DNA of 64,000 nucleotides from Phoronis australis (taxonomy: Eukaryota; Animalia; Phoronida). The notes beneath the pieces were generated by a model, which ran no database searches, had not been told where the DNA came from, and saw nothing but the letters and a program-made list of their open reading frames with translations. Within the stretch, counting starts at the first letter, position 1. Each line of letters begins with the position of its first letter. Positions 51,608 to 64,000 of this stretch are shown here, piece by piece. The DNA is taken from contig NMRA01000518.1 in NCBI GenBank assembly GCA_002633005.1, forward strand, positions 244,842 through 308,841, given 5' to 3'. Position numbers and translations under genes: made by a program.

Positions 51608-54600
51608 TATGTACCTAAAAGTCGGGGTGCGACTCCCCCAGTAAAGTAGGTAGAGTCGGTAACACAATTTAGGCTTTTCTAATCTTTGAACGAAATATTT
51701 TGATTAAAAAAACTCCATTTCATAGCTGGACGAGTACACACTCACCTTGTCCTAGGCAAGCAGTTAGCTCCGGTAGGTCAAGGGCTGTGTCCATGTCAAT
51801 TTAATGCATGGAAGTGGCCGTAATTGCACCATCGAGACATTTAAATTAGGCCTACCTTCTGATGAACTTTGCCTTGTTTGTAGTTTCATTGTGTAAAGGT
51901 AGCTTCATAAGTCTAAATATCATGTTTGAACAACTTAAAAATAAGCCCTCGTTAACTCTACAGACATAGTGTATGCTAGAGGTTCTCATCAAAAAATAAT
52001 TCAACCGTTTATTATTTTTTCGTGACAACAGCTCGAACAAGGCTTTGAGTTCAGAAATCCAGTGCCCCTTCCTGTGCCCATCGAATCGCTCAATTTTGGA
52101 GAGAAGCTCAGTTGAACGTCAGCCTATGGGTATATGAATAACAATTTTCCCGTTGTTGCAACGAAATGGAGGGATTTCAGTTCTGCACCCTTTTCACCGA
52201 ATATCTTATTAATTAGAAATCTTTCATCAGTCATCACACATAAATATACATATGTAAGTCGGTGAATATCTCCGTGATCACTGTGAACCTTTCATAGCTG
52301 TACTGAAAAGCTAGTACACCTTTCAGATTCAACACAGTTTTGTGTGTAGAAATTATGAAAGTCAGTGGTTACATCTGGGGACCGTATTTGCATCATTGCA
52401 TGACTGCTTGTTTCGGATATGAAGTGATCCATATATATACATAGTGAGAGGTAAATGTGTGTCATCCTGCAGTTTTCTGTGATAAACAAATCTATATGAC
52501 TGTCTTCAGACCAGCCTGATAACTCAAGCAGTCTCCGAGGTCACCGTTTTTGAGAATTTTGTGGAACATTCAAGGTTTGTCATTTTCTTTAAATTCCAGA
52601 GAATATACATTTAAAGTAATGAATTACCTTGGGGGTGTTTATAGTGATATTAGGTCATGATGTGCATTGTATCTGTTGATGAAATTACTATTCTTTGTTT
52701 CTTCTCTGATTATTTGTGCAGCAAGCGACACAGCATTGTGCCATTGTTTATGTAAAAATTCACTGTCAGCAAACAGCTTCTTGTTGACTTAACAGTGCTA
52801 GCTTCGTTGTGGGAGAGGAATGTGAGTCATGCATAAATTTTGAGAAAGGTCGACCAAACTTCAAGCTCTTGGTTGCTGACCATAAGACATAAATTATATT
52901 CCATATACATGTCTAGATGTATCGTAGATTGTTTTTTTTCCGTAAGTAAAAGTCTAAGACCACGGTACAGGCCATTGTAGCTGTCCCCCAAAAATGAATA
53001 AAATGAGGTGGGTCGGGTTTGACGGCCGTTTTGTGGACTAAAAGTGATTAGTGGCTGTCACAAATGGTATTCAGTAGTTTCCTGAGTTTTTTGTTGAGTA
53101 AACTGAATCCAGGAATTTGGCATGTGCTGTTATCTGCTGGAATACGTACGGAATGCCACCATTTTGACAGCACGAATTCGTGGCGTGCTTGCAGGTACCA
53201 TTCAGACAAGTGGAAACTGGCAAAAATCTGGTTGGCAATGACATATTTTAACTTGACTTTCTGGAATTTAGAGTGAAAGAGCATTCAGATGACGGTCTCT
53301 TTTCTCGCACCGGGCCGGAGCAGTCGTGAATTTGTGATCTTAGGTAATATATGGTCAAAATCGTACTTTTTTGGTCATTTTAGCATCTCGGCTTTTTCAA
53401 GGTGAGTGTAGCAAGGTAAAAATACATGGCTTAGTTGAATTTCTTCATTTTTGAGAAACCCCATAGAGTGTACTTTCCGTCAGTTATGCCTTTTTTCGGG
53501 TGTTCGAGACAGTTGTGCAAACAAGGGCTTTGGTTGACCCAGGCCAGTGATAAGGTCAAAGTTACATGTACGCATGTAATAATGCAGTTTTACATAACAT
53601 ATACCTTCTCAGACACCATAGGACTGGTCCTTGTAGGGACGCAAACACCCCAGACAGTGAGTGCCAACACTACAACAACACACAAATAAATCGTCAGGTT
53701 ATTCTATAAACTCACTGCTCAGAACACAACTAAACTCCTTTGGAAGTTCCACAAATTGGACTTAAATCGCCGGTACGACAAACTGAAACACTGACCAATT
53801 AAATGTAATCAACAACCACATGCCAGAGATATTCACCTGACCATGATGCGTCTGGGATTTGAGATTAGAATGCATTAGGTCTTCGTACACAACGGCAAGA
53901 AACTCCAGAAAGCAGTCATCAGGTTAAACCCAGATATCAAAAGCATGAATTGTCATTCGACATTGCTATTGTGATGCCCGATATTGTAAAAGATTACCAC
54001 AGTCTTTCGTCAGAAAGGAGATAACTCTAACCGGATAAATGATAGATATGCACTGTAGTTTTGACCTACGTAGTAAAAATTCCACCGGAACGACTGAGAC
54101 AGGCGACTCTCATGGTCACGGGGACCAACTGAGTCCATTATGAGAGGCGCAAGACTGAAAAAAGTGGGGGTATAGCTACCCCAGTGAACCCCCTATGGTG
54201 AGGAGCCGCCCATGCATGATGGCCAGGGGCGGAATTTGTCCTGTCCGTGGGGCACTGGACGTGCAAACTAAACTGGTGTAATGTGTCTTTATAATGAGGT
54301 GGTGTGACGGGGCCATCTTCCCCCTCACGGATGGGTGGTCCGTAGCAGTGAACGATCGCGACATTCCATCAGCATACATTCATACCATGATTTTAGTTTC
54401 GTTCTTTGCCTACAGAGTTGATTTCAAAACATGCCGATCTACTTAGACTGAGTCATCAACACAGGGTTTCTTTGTTACCAGCGCTGATTCACAGTATACG
54501 AGACATAATCTTCAAGGCAGCAATGGCGATTATATTTTTAAAGCACCGAATATTCAAAACAATTTGATCTTAGTTACTTTATTCAAAAAGTGTCGTAGAG

Positions 54601-55034
54601 TTAACGGAAATACTTTCGTTTATTCTTCAATTAATGCTGTATCTTTGGCTGCCCACGCAAGCTTTGCTCATATATTATTCCAGAGCCAAGATTCCATGGC
54701 AATGAATTAAAGAGCAACACAACTTTTAATTAAAAATTCAGTCGTAAATGTGAAGTTAAGCACATCTGCCTACGTTCTCTCTAAACAAGGATAAGATATT
54801 TTTTCACGACTACGCAAATTGGTTTTCATGGCTAACACCATTTACATTCTCTTATAGACGACAAGTCTTTTCTTAAAATTCCGTGTCTTCAGTGTTCACG
54901 AACCACAAAAGCAGTTGTGCTATAACTCTGTTTCTGAGAAAAAAAAACATCGGAGAGTGCCTGCGTAGTTTGCTTCGGTGGACGACTATGCCACGTTGCT
55001 ATGGTCAACGTGGCAAACCTTTTGTTGAAAATAC

Positions 55035-55160
55035 CTCTTTCATTTGTCGTTCCAGTTCCCGCTTCTTGTTACGGTACCTCATCGAGGATTCCTTTCTTTT
55101 GATGCTGTTGTCTTGTGAAGTAACCTTTGAATCTGCTGTAAGTGAGTTATTTCCAAGCAT
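55035..55160 (-). CDS. bZIP paralog C, exon 1 (basic region): MLGNNSLTADSKVTSQDNSIKRKESSMRYRNKKRELERQMKE
   Basis: ATG at 55160, 42 codons, phase-0 donor GAG|gtattt; clearly homologous to paralog B exon 1 (ML.N..SK, KR.ESS..YR.KKRE...MKE); TATA box about 70 bp upstream. Confidence 0.8.
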
Positions 55161-55226
55161 TGTGAACTTGTAGCGAGATAATGATTTCTGTGCTCTAAGT
55201 GTTTCGACGAAAACTGACTGAGTCTA

Positions 55227-55234
55227 TATTTATA
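55227..55234 (-). promoter_or_regulatory. TATA box (TATAAATA) of bZIP paralog C
   Basis: Minus strand reads cccgttTATAAATAtagact about 70 nt upstream of the ATG at 55160. Confidence 0.5.
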
Positions 55235-58200
55235 AACGGGTTTTCCCCGGCAATGACATTGTCTGACAGGCCGGATATTGAACAAGTACATGTATATCTG
55301 TGGTGTAACTAATGACTGCGGGCATTCAGTGTACGAACTGTAGGACTGAAGTGTAGGTTGAGATGGCGGTCATGACGGCTTGGCACGGTATTTGATCGCA
55401 TTTTCGGTTAGCCACTAATATCAAACGCCACATAAAACACTCGTCAGGATAACAGTATTGGAGGCAGAGATCGGTCTCGCTGGACGGATAAAGCCAAGCG
55501 CTGTGCTCACAAGCAGCTTATGCCCGTAAAGAATATTTATAACGACGACTTGTTTTCACAGCAGCAAAGTGGGGTAACGACCTTCGATATTGTTAAGTTT
55601 CGTCGTTATACCGGTTCAGTAATCCGTGATTGGTGAGTCAATGCTTGATTAGGGAAGTCGAGAGAATTCAATATTCTTGCAATTGTTGTAAAAATTGCAT
55701 TGCCGCTTAATTTCATTTACTCATCGATTTTGTTGTGGTGGGGGGGGGNGAAGACCGTCCATGGTACAACTCCTCACATTTTAGCGTACCTGCGGCCGAC
55801 TAGCTGGTCGTTACCAATTTTTCGCACCCGTCCTGATATTATCTTCTCATGTACTTGCTTGCGAACAATATTCACTACCCTCCACCATTCTTTTTCTTGT
55901 CCCTTAGAAGTGGCAACCTGAGGACGTGCCATCTCATGGTCTCCGTTAAACCTTTTGCCAGCGCTTTGGTTTTGTACAGCCGTTGATAAATGCATCCCCC
56001 GACACAACTATAGCTGCCAATTTACCAACATTTGCGGATTCATTTTTTTCTCGGGTAGAAAAGTCTATACTTTAAACTTAAACCACGTGAAAGAACACCT
56101 GGGGTTATTGTCAGCGCTCTTTACTGAAAGGCGACCCGTTGCTCATTTTTTTACAAAAAGGCCTGCCTAAATAGCTGCATGCTAAGCACCCGTCTTTTGG
56201 ATATAGATTTGCTACATGGTCGATCTCTTAGATCCGTAACAACTTTCTGCATTCTTATATACATGGATTTAGTGCTCATGGTTCTTATATAAATCCATTG
56301 CCAATATAATTCCATCAATTGCCATTGTAAAGTTGTACGGGTCTACTCAAATGATACACTCAAAAATGTGCAATAACTCCCAATATCCGTGAAAGGAAGA
56401 AATTTCCTAACATGGCTCATAAAAGGAAAAAACTACAACAGATCTGTAGGTGTGTAGGAAATGAATAAAATTAGATGGCCCTTTGTGACATGCTGTTTCT
56501 CAAATCACGAGGCACACCTTTTCATCAGGTCCACTTTTGATATAATGGGGTGTAAAGAAAATCTGACTGTGTAAATATTGATATTTCCACCTACGTACCG
56601 GTGACTTATTTCATCGCCCGGCGATTAGCACCTGGTACTGCGTTCTGTTTTATTTGGGCATCGCAGGGGTAAGGTTTCGATTTAAAAAATTTCGGCAACT
56701 TTTGTTCCACCGGCGTGTCTGTACTTGTGCGTCGAAAACAATATCAGAAACAGGCTGTCTCTGTGACCGAAAGTCATAGCTTTTGTGCCGAGATTTTGCA
56801 TGTCTCAAGTTCATTCTGATAAGGTTTTTTGGGAAGTAAATCCATCAAATCTGCAATTTTAACAACCGTGGCGAATCGAATATAGATACGCTTACATAAC
56901 CAGAATAAGTGTTTTGGGGACTGCCGTTTGTTCTTCAAACTTGACAATGTCTTTGTTGCCGTCATCTTCGTTATTGTCGTCGTCTCGTTTTTTACCATCG
57001 CGTTCGTCCACTCACGTTTTCCAATAGGCCTTATATGCGTACAAACGCAAGGACCGAAACCAAAGGAAATACCGCATTGCCCATCAGAGGAGAAGATTGG
57101 TAAAAATACATCGATCCTCAGAATAATATACTTATTGTGGACAGTACGGAGGTTGTAAATTCAACAAGTCCTTTTCTGTGTAAGCCTAGACGTATTTTTA
57201 TGATTTTTATTGTCAAACACAGTCACTGTATGGTTCTAGGTGTGGATTTTGTGTTTACACGTGGTTTTCTATTCAGTAACAGGTCAATACAGTCTGGGTT
57301 AAATGCGCTTGTTCAGCCTTGCACCGTTGTAAGCTTCATCAAGCATAGACGTTGATATGAAACGAGACCAGGAGGGCCCGGTGCCTAATGTCAGACTCGA
57401 ACTCGAACTCGGACTCGAAAATTTCTACTCGAAATCTGTCTCAGTCGAGTCGAACTCGAAATTGCGTGCCCAATGTTCACTTTCGAGTCGACTCGAAATC
57501 GAGTTTACTCGAGAAATCGTACTGAGTTACCAAGGAACTCTCCTGTGTTGTGAATTACATAAAAATAATTTTCTGCGAGAAGTGCGCCCTCTACTACGTG
57601 ATCGTCTGCTTTTGAGTGGAAAAGTTACACCAGCCAAAAATGTAAGTATTTGAGTGATATTGCATACAACGAGGTCAATATACAGCGAAACCATTCACAT
57701 TGATTCATAAAGTGGTGTGGTATTGGTGAAAAGTTATAAACGGAAAGCAAAGTAGGCTCACCTTACCTAAACAGTTTCGGATCGAAAACCTTGCCAGTGC
57801 TTGAGCAAACGACAACCCTTTTGTTGCCAAATTACGGGAAAATATACGTTTTTAAACCCAAAAGCCACCGTTATTTTGGCCAGCGTTCGGTCAGCGTCCC
57901 ATGTCTTCTGCTCAAATCAGTCCTCGCTTTGAACTTCTTAGTTAACCAGCGCTTCTGTACTAGGTGTCGCCAAGTAAACGGTTTAACTGTACGGTTGTCA
58001 TGTGTTCTATACTAGGCTTACCATCGAAAGGTTTGAAAATACATAGTTGCTTCCGTCGACGGTTTTGCGTTTTGCAACATTAAACTACTTTGGTATAAAA
58101 AAATCATAAAAATCAAAAACCATCGTTTAATAGCACTTGGCGAAAACTTGAAAAACACTTAAAACCAATCCCTTATTGCGTCGTTGAGTGGCATAAGTCG

Positions 58201-58482
58201 AACTTACTGAAAATTCATTTGAGTCCGATTATCCATTTCAAAGTTAATATATTTCCAAATGTAGCAAACTGTGGATATTTCGTGGGGTTCGCAAAACGTT
58301 AATAACTCAGTTAGGAAAAATGCACTATGTTGCCATGGTTTCAAATGCACAACACCGTGGAAAATAGGCTCGATCAGGTTGTCATTCAAAATAGTATGCG
58401 AATCGTTGGGTTTTTTACGTGAGACATAACTGAAGTAACAATTTATTAGAATGGTTATCACGGATGACAACTGTCTTTTAGC

Positions 58483-61326
58483 ATGGAAAACGTTACACCA
58501 TCGAACAGTCAAGCCATCGCATCTGCCAAACGACGCCTGTGGACAACCGCAGAAGAAACTTCCCTTATAGAAAAGGTCATGGCCATGGAAAGCACGCTGT
58601 TCGGAGATCATCGGGGTTCAGGAGCTATAAAATCGGCAGCCAAAAAAAGGTCGGGTGGGAAGTGGTGGCCAAATTCATAAGTAGGTGAGTTTCAGTGCGC
58701 ACAGTGCGATATACACATTAGTGAACATATTATATAGTTTGAATGACACTGTTAATTTCAGTTTGTCCAGAATTTGATTTTCTGTATTCATTTAATTTCA
58801 GCCAGTTCACGACCAAAAGGTCGCCAGAGGAATGTAGGAAAAAATTTCAAAACCTAAANTGACACGGTTAATTTCAGTTTGTCCAGAATTTGATTTACTG
58901 TATTCATTTAATTTCAGCCAGTTCACGACCAAAAGTCGCCAGAGGAATGTAGGAAAAAATTTCAAAACCTAAAGCAAAGATGTAAGCAATTTTGAAATAA
59001 GATAATTGCTGTTTGTTAGTTGACTTCCTGTTACGTTTAATAATTTACGTGAAAATATGAATGCCTACCTAAAAGTCGGAGTGTATTTTTTGTATCTTAT
59101 CCAACTTTATTTGGTATGCATATTGTAATTGCATTTTATGAATTCCTAGTTATACTTCACAACATTGACTCCCACTCCCTTCCGTTAACACTAAATATAC
59201 TTCCAAGTACTCCATGTCTGGGGGCGGGGCAGTTCTGTAGTGCCGCTGGTTTCTAGGTTGTAAATCATGGGTGCAGACACTCCAGCGCAGATCATTAATG
59301 TAATTTGAGTTAACTATCCTTCGTTTAATTCATCCCACAGCTAAATCAAAAAGTGATGAACTTAAGAAGAGTGCCAATTACGACCGGCGGTGGGCCACCT
59401 GCAAAAGACTTGGATGCCAGAGACGAGGCCATTTTGGCTCACTTCAATGAAAGGGTTGAAGTCTCTGGCATCCAGGGAGGTTTTGAAACAGATGGTGAGT
59501 GGTTTTGTTTTGCGTCAAATGCAAATTATTGTTTATGCCTGACACTTGTAAAATAAATAACCACAGTAGCAGATCTACGTTTTCAGTAGGGGGAGGTGAG
59601 GATTCGCGTGAATCAGAGGCGCATAGGGCAGAGAAGGTAGGAAAATCTCCTTCCGTGTAAGAGTTTTTTGGTCTTTAGTAGCTGATTTCGTTTTTCTGGC
59701 GTTTTTATTTTTTTTTTATTTTTGATCTTGTCCCGACGGGGGGTTGAATCAGCTGAACCCCGTAGATCCGCCTCTGGATACATTACACCTATGTGTTGAC
59801 TTTTCCACTGAATGATTGACTTTAAATCGCACGTTCTATTCTACGTTTGAATTTTCCAGATCTTGGCATGACTGAACACAGCGGTGATGATGCAGAAGGT
59901 ATGACGGTTGTTGGTAGCCATTAAAAAATTAGTTACTTTCCAAAATGTTGACATTTTTGTAATTTGCGACAANAAAATAAATAACCACAGTGGCAGATCT
60001 ACGTTTTCAGTAGGGGGAGGTGAGGATTCGCGTGAATCCGAGGCGCATAGGTCAGAGAAGGTTGGAAAACCTCCTTTCGTGTAAGATTTTTTGGTCTTTA
60101 GAGGCTGATTTCATTTTTCTGGCGTTTTTTATTTTTTTTTATTTTCGATCTTGTCCCGACGGGGGGGTTGAATCAGCTGAACCCCGTAGATCCGCCTCTA
60201 GATACATTACACCTATGTGTTGACTTTTCCACTGAATGATTGACTTTAAATCGCATGTTTTATTCTACGTTTGAATTTTCCAGATCTTGGTATGACTGAA
60301 CACAGCGGGTATGATGCAAAAGGTATGACGGTTGTTGGTAGCCATTAATAAATTAGTTACTTTCCAAAATGTTGACATTTTTGTAATTTGCGACAATTCG
60401 CTATGCTGAAAGTACTTCAAAGGTTAACCATTACTTTTAAATCTTCCAGACAGTGACGAAGACGAGATAGAGCCAGTGATCAGCCAGAAAAGAAGTAATT
60501 AACCTTGATTACTTATTAACATGCTAGCACTCAAGTGGGTNATAGAGCCAGTGATCAGCCAGAAAAGAAGTAATTAACCTTGATAACTTATTAACATGCT
60601 AGCGCTCAAGTGGGTAGGACATTTGTGCTTACAAGTATAAGCAACTATGAACACTCCAACTAAAACAACGCTTTGATTTTCAACAGTAGTCTGACGCAAA
60701 CTGTTTATTGGATGACATGCATGAACAATTAGAATTACAATTGAAAGGTGGAACAATGAAAACAACAAAGGTGTGAACTACATAACAGACGTAAACTAAC
60801 ACAGACCTGCGAGATTTAGAAATGGTCTAAAATGAACTGAACAAGTGTTCCTAAAACTTCATATGATCCTTATTGGTAATGTGCGATTTTCATTTCAGTT
60901 TACAGCAAACCAAAGTCAAGCAAAACAAGGAAGGATGAAATAGACGACGCTATACTTGAAAATTTGAAAATGGACAACAAGCACCTGAAACTCAATATAG
61001 AAGTGCTTGAACTGAAGAAGCTCAATTTGGTCATGAACTTGCAAAAAGATTTCAATATAGNCTAAAAGGAAGTAACCAAAACTTCATATGATCCTTATTG
61101 GTAATGTGCGATTTTCATTTCAGTTTACAGCAAACCAAGCAAAACAAGGAAGGATGAAATAGACGAGGCTATACTTGGAAATTTGAAAATGGACAACAAG
61201 CGCCTGAAACTCAATATAGAAGTGCTTGAACTGAAGAAGCTCAATTTGGTCATGAACTTGCAAAAAGATTTCAATATAGACGTATCAACATTTTTCTCAC
61301 CCAGTGAGGTAGCAACTGAGCAATAG
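58483..61326 (+). CDS. Myb/SANT-like DNA-binding domain protein (Harbinger ORF / MSANTD-type), 6 exons
   Basis: Exons 58483-58684, 58802/58918-58981, 59341-59494, 59860-59898, 60450-60494, 60899-61326 with GT-AG sites in compatible phases. Translation KRRLWTTAEETSLIEKV..LFG..KKVGWEVVAKFIS..RSPEECRKKFQNLK..TTGGGPP plus acidic linker and C-terminal coiled coil. Apparent 1-nt frameshifts lie in A-runs, and exons 2, 4 and 6 (and part of 5) are duplicated at N joins. Confidence 0.75.
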
Positions 61327-61409
61327 ATTTTTTAAATAAGGTTGTGTAGAACCTTACATCTAGTATATACATTTCACCAAATATCTACTATAACCATTAA
61401 TAAACTTTT

Positions 61410-61925
61410 CAACATAACAAACTTGGTTGAAGACACAACTGTACTTTTGTTAGACAGATTAATGTATACTAGTTCGTAGTCTCTACAGGCTCCTATTTCA
61501 GGCGTGGAGTGAAGTAGCAGTGACATAAATGTTGGTGTAAAAATGATATTGAAGGGATCCGCCCTNAGCTCCTATTTCAGGCGTGGAGTGAAGTAGCAGT
61601 GACATAAATGTTGATGTAAAAATGATATTGAAGGGATCCGCCATGCAAATGTATGAACAACCGTCGGGAGAGGGAACATGCCTTATGTCCAACGATATTC
61701 AAGATAATTTGAACATAGACAATCTACCATTTGACACGTGAATTGATAACCAACGTTACATTTGGCTACTGGTCTCAATCTTTCCCGACTAGGGTTGTTT
61801 TTCATGACAAGGTTACGTGACTTTATAGAGACTAGGAACGAGTATACACTAAGCTGTCTAACAAAAAGTACAGTCGTGCCTTCAATCAACTTTGTTGCGA
61901 GGAAGGGCTGCTACCGAACTATAAG
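61410..61925 (-). mobile_element. Rearranged Penelope-like fragment, same family as 5620-6870
   Basis: Minus strand PVAKCNVGYQFTCQMVDCL matches PVAKCNVVYQITCHMDGCL at about 6258. ORF N-terminus present on both strands (plus strand LSNKKYSRAFNQLCCEEGLLPNY at 61851-61922; inverted copy at about 61420-61530). Confidence 0.7.
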
Positions 61926-64000
61926 TTATAAGTAAACACTTACTGAAATAATTCCATATAATTAGATTTTTTACTTCATACCAACCTGCATTTAATTTGG
62001 TCACTTGACCATGTTTTTCAGTAAAATTTAGCAAAAACTGAAAGATGTCATAGCAGACGACAGAATCAATTACAAAATAAAATCCAAATAATATTTGTTC
62101 TTAAATTATAGTTCCGTTTCANTACTGAAATAATTCCGTATAATTAGATTTTTTACTTCATACCAACCTGCATTTAATTTGGTCACTTGACCATGTTTAT
62201 GGTTCTATATTTACCTAAAGCAGGTTTAATGTTGTATACTTTTCCTCTGTTGTGTTCTTAGTTGAGAATTCATTAACGAATATTGTGTTCAAATAAATTT
62301 CGACGTGTTGCCGATTCATCATGTACATTATGTGAAGGTATATGCTTCTAGAGCTAATCATTCCATATCATCACAAAACATGTACCTTCCATTATAGCAC
62401 TGCAAATCAAAACCGTTAATTCAATATCCCAAAAACATTAAATCTGAATGAGGGTGCCACAAAAATATCAATTGTCAACCGTGCTCTAATCTATAGAAAG
62501 ACATCATTTTATGCTGGTCTTTCTAATGGCTTATCAGAGGCAGAATTGAGGGCGGCCATCGACTCATTTATAAGGTAATTTTAACCATAATGCCTACAAT
62601 TACTTTCATAAGGCATAGATTGGCAAATGTCAAGACAGAGATGACAGCAATATGCATGCAGATAAAAATAAGTTGGGCCATAAAAATATATTTGGGCTAG
62701 GCTATTCAACATCCACAGTGAGTAATTAAACAAATTTATTCCCAGGCAAAATTAGAACCCCTTTGCTAAACTCTGTTTACTTACATATGCAAATTGACAA
62801 AATTGTTTGACTAACAGCAGTGTTCACAAAGAACTACTTTCATTGACCTTGCATGTCAATTTCAAAAGGCACATTGTGTGAACAATGCCAAAGATTTAAA
62901 AGTGTCTAAATAAAGGTAAGTCACTATGCCGACTAGCGGCACCCTACCAGCTCGAAGTGCAATAGCGCCACAGAAAACATCCTATAACGCAAACATTGTA
63001 ATGTAAAATTATAACAAGAGCACCAGCAAGTGTTGATTGGCAAGCAATATATGCATCGCATGGTGCAGAGATACAAGGGATTATCATTATTTGAAACATT
63101 CCCATTATGGGGTGCAATGCTAGTAAAGTGAAAATAGATTCCAAGACTCAAAATCAAGGAAGGAATGCTTTCTGCAATAGGAACACACTCACCGCCCTTA
63201 ATCATACAATTATATGGGCACATAACAATTATTAGATAAATGCAAACAATTGAAACGAATAAACTTAGGTTTACTCACAAAAGGCCGGACGCCCAAACAG
63301 ACACTGTGGTAATACACACTCACATACATGTGTACGAGAGCATTAAAAGTATCATGGTACCATAAAACCTGGTACTTAAGGTCATAGTCTGATATTTAAA
63401 TGTAAAGACCTTGGCCCGAGTCATACACTAATGCTGTGCTGTTTTATGAAATTTAACAGTACATGACATTTTTCTACAGGCCGATTGAATAGAAAAGTGA
63501 TATAAGGCTTTATCAAAGCTTAAAATATATCATAGGTCTGTAGCCAGCGACCAGGGGGAGCATCGCCTAAGAGATACAGTGAAATAACATGTCACGTGAC
63601 TACATAGGTGTCGACTAAAAATCTTGTCATTATGAATGAAGGCAGAGACCAGTGGAAGCCGGCCTGACAATTGCACTGTCAACAACAACATTACATGTAC
63701 TTCCAAAATTCCTCAAGAGGGAAACAGGCTGACAGAACAGGGGCGGTGAAAATTAATTATCCCTTGAAACGGTGAGCTTGTGGATCTCAAAGCAATGCCT
63801 CTACCTTCCTGTCAGTTTGTCACAAAATTCAAAGTTGTAACCAATAGTAACCTTTCTGACCGGACTGAAAAAAGCGGTCACATTGTTTGCTTAGATTTTT
63901 TATTTTGATATTTTTAGTCACAGAATAAGTTCACCGAAAACATTTGTATGCACTGGTTCACGTAAAAAACGAGCAACGCGGAGCGTTGAAATACGCCAAC

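Noticed and set aside
52290-52620. Possible THAP remnant on the minus strand (DHFIS, FHK)
   Set aside because: Cys ligands not recoverable; too degenerate to call.
58802-60615. Tandem exon duplication / mutually exclusive exons in the Myb/SANT gene
   Set aside because: Every duplicate is centred on a single N, indicating assembly overlap rather than biology.

Overview
Eukaryotic (probably invertebrate animal) genomic DNA, AT-rich, with spliceosomal introns and many decayed transposons. The ORF track is mostly noise, so genes had to be rebuilt from splice signals. Host-type genes found: (1) three paralogous two-exon bZIP genes on the minus strand (18695-16363, 37730-36171, 55160-41461), all with Arg in place of the near-invariant basic-region Asn; (2) a two-exon atypical Rab-like small GTPase (30763-33253, +); (3) a six-exon Myb/SANT-like gene of the Harbinger-ORF/MSANTD type (58483-61326, +), disturbed by assembly duplications at single-N joins. 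Mobile DNA includes three Penelope-like retroelement remnants (one with a well-formed minimal hammerhead ribozyme), Kolobok-, ISL2EU- and IS3EU-like TIR elements, THAP/SWIM/SAP remnants, several MITEs, and micro/minisatellites. All family assignments come from motif recognition by eye, not database searches.
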